Below are positions 62,999-64,000 of a stretch of DNA of 64,000 nucleotides, one piece after another. Positions within the stretch are counted from its first letter, which is position 1, and every line of letters starts with the position of its first letter. The notes under the pieces are model-generated. The model did not search any database. It was not told where the DNA came from and worked only from the letters and a program-made list of their open reading frames with translations. The DNA comes from an uncultured Gemmatimonadaceae bacterium (GTDB lineage: Bacteria > Gemmatimonadota > Gemmatimonadetes > Gemmatimonadales > Gemmatimonadaceae): the NCBI GenBank assembly GCA_963716745.1, contig OY970320.1, forward strand, positions 2,272,001 through 2,336,000, in the 5' to 3' direction. A program made the position numbers and the translations under genes.

Positions 62999-63973
62999 GC
63001 AATCCGGCGACGGCACTGTTGCTTGGCGATTCGCCCGCGATGAAGAATGCGCGCACCCTCATCGAGCGGTTCGGGCCCACGCGGCTGAACGTGCTGCTCG
63101 AGGGCCCGACGGGCTCGGGTAAAGAGCTGGCAGCGCAGGCATTGCACGTGGCGAGTGGGCGGGCGGGGAAGCTCGTGGCGTTCAATGTGTGCGCGATCCC
63201 GGACCGAGATGTTCGAGGACGCACTATTCGGCCACGTGCGGGGCGCGTTCAGTGGCGCGACCGCGGATCATCACGGTTATCTGAGCGAGGCCGATTGCGG
63301 CACGGTATTTCTGGATGAGGTGAGTACGCTGGCACCTCAGTCGCAGGTGAAGCTGTTGCGAGCGATCGAGACGAGAGAATTCCGTCCAGTGGGCGCGCGC
63401 GCGGACAAGAGCAGCGATTTCCGGTTGGTGAGCGCGACGAACATAGATCTCCGTACCGTCATTTCGAACGGCACGTTCCGGGAGGATCTGGCGCACAGGC
63501 TGGCTACCGCCGTGATTCGACTCCCTGCGCTTCGCGAGCGCATGCAGGACATGCCGGCGCTCGTCGCGGGAATACTCGGGCAGCTCGATCCATCGGGGGC
63601 GCTCACGTTCACCACCGCGGCGCTGCGGCCGCTGCTCTTGCACAGGTGGCCCGGTAACGTGCGCGAATTGCGCAGCGTGCTCGAACGTGCAGCGGCGCTC
63701 ACCGTGAGCCGGGTGATCGACCGCGAAGACACCGAGCGTGCGTTGCACAATGGCAGCGCGCACGGCGAGCCGGCGGCAATGCGCAGTGAGTTCACCCAAC
63801 GCCGGATCCTCGAAGTGCTCGACGAGACGGGCTGGAACATCGTCGCGGCCGCGCGCGTGCTCGGTGTGCACCGCGCGACCCTTTATCGCCGCATGCGACG
63901 GTTGGGGATGGTGGACACCGTCAAGGTCCTCAACTCGCCCGAGGCACCGCGGAGCGCGGAGTCGACCGCGTAG
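62995..63973 (+). CDS. Second sigma54 enhancer-binding protein with no regulatory domain (GAFSGA variant); frameshift near 63205
   Basis: LLGDSPAM, GPTGSGKE, LFGHVRGAFSGA, FLDEV, WPGNVREL, HTH AARVLGVHRATLYR. Confidence 0.9.
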
Positions 63974-63975
63974 TG

Positions 63976-63999
63976 AGTGTCGCAAAGTGTCGCGCGACA
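63976..63999. promoter_or_regulatory. Candidate activator site
   Basis: AGTGTCGC-AA-AGTGTCGC-GCGACA: 10-bp direct repeat plus palindrome, same architecture as 53898-53923. Confidence 0.45.
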
Positions 64000-64000
64000 A

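Noticed and set aside
2761..63973. Programmed frameshifting or mass pseudogenisation
   Set aside because: Breaks are scattered single-base indels in otherwise intact genes with no shared slippery motif; long-read consensus error is more parsimonious, though reads are needed to confirm.
1..64000. Long antisense/shadow ORFs (e.g. 17017-19353, 35137-37605); tRNA, rRNA, transposase or prophage genes
   Set aside because: Shadow ORFs are expected in high-GC DNA opposite clear genes; no RNA-gene or mobility-gene signatures were recognised by eye.

Overview
High-GC bacterial window. Gene content (six ADOP-type orphan ABC permeases, tricorn protease, compact gsp cluster) suggests Gemmatimonadota or Acidobacteriota, which is inference only. 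It holds about 55 tightly packed genes. Many carry single-base frameshifts that look like long-read consensus errors. In order: secreted hydrolases; a two-component system with a rhodanese/YeeE-YedE/cysteine-desulfurase sulfur operon; three tandem ABC permeases; transport and detox genes; a 2-oxoacid oxidoreductase triad; and a type II secretion cluster bracketed by two sigma54 enhancer-binding proteins. The most unusual structure is a local array of eight 160-185 bp palindromes (33.8-51.9 kb). They are built from NNNACAG heptamers and have variable centres, a conserved outer CRCCAG-N10 box and shuffled arms. From 39.8 kb they sit at every transcription-unit boundary, each at a local G-to-C skew switch. 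No recombinase, transposase, Cas, tRNA or rRNA gene was recognised. Regulatory motifs readable in the sequence: an ECF-type promoter (AAC-N17-TGTCnAA) before all five permease transcription units, paired OmpR-type boxes for the sulfur operon, and a sigma54 -24/-12 promoter before gspE.
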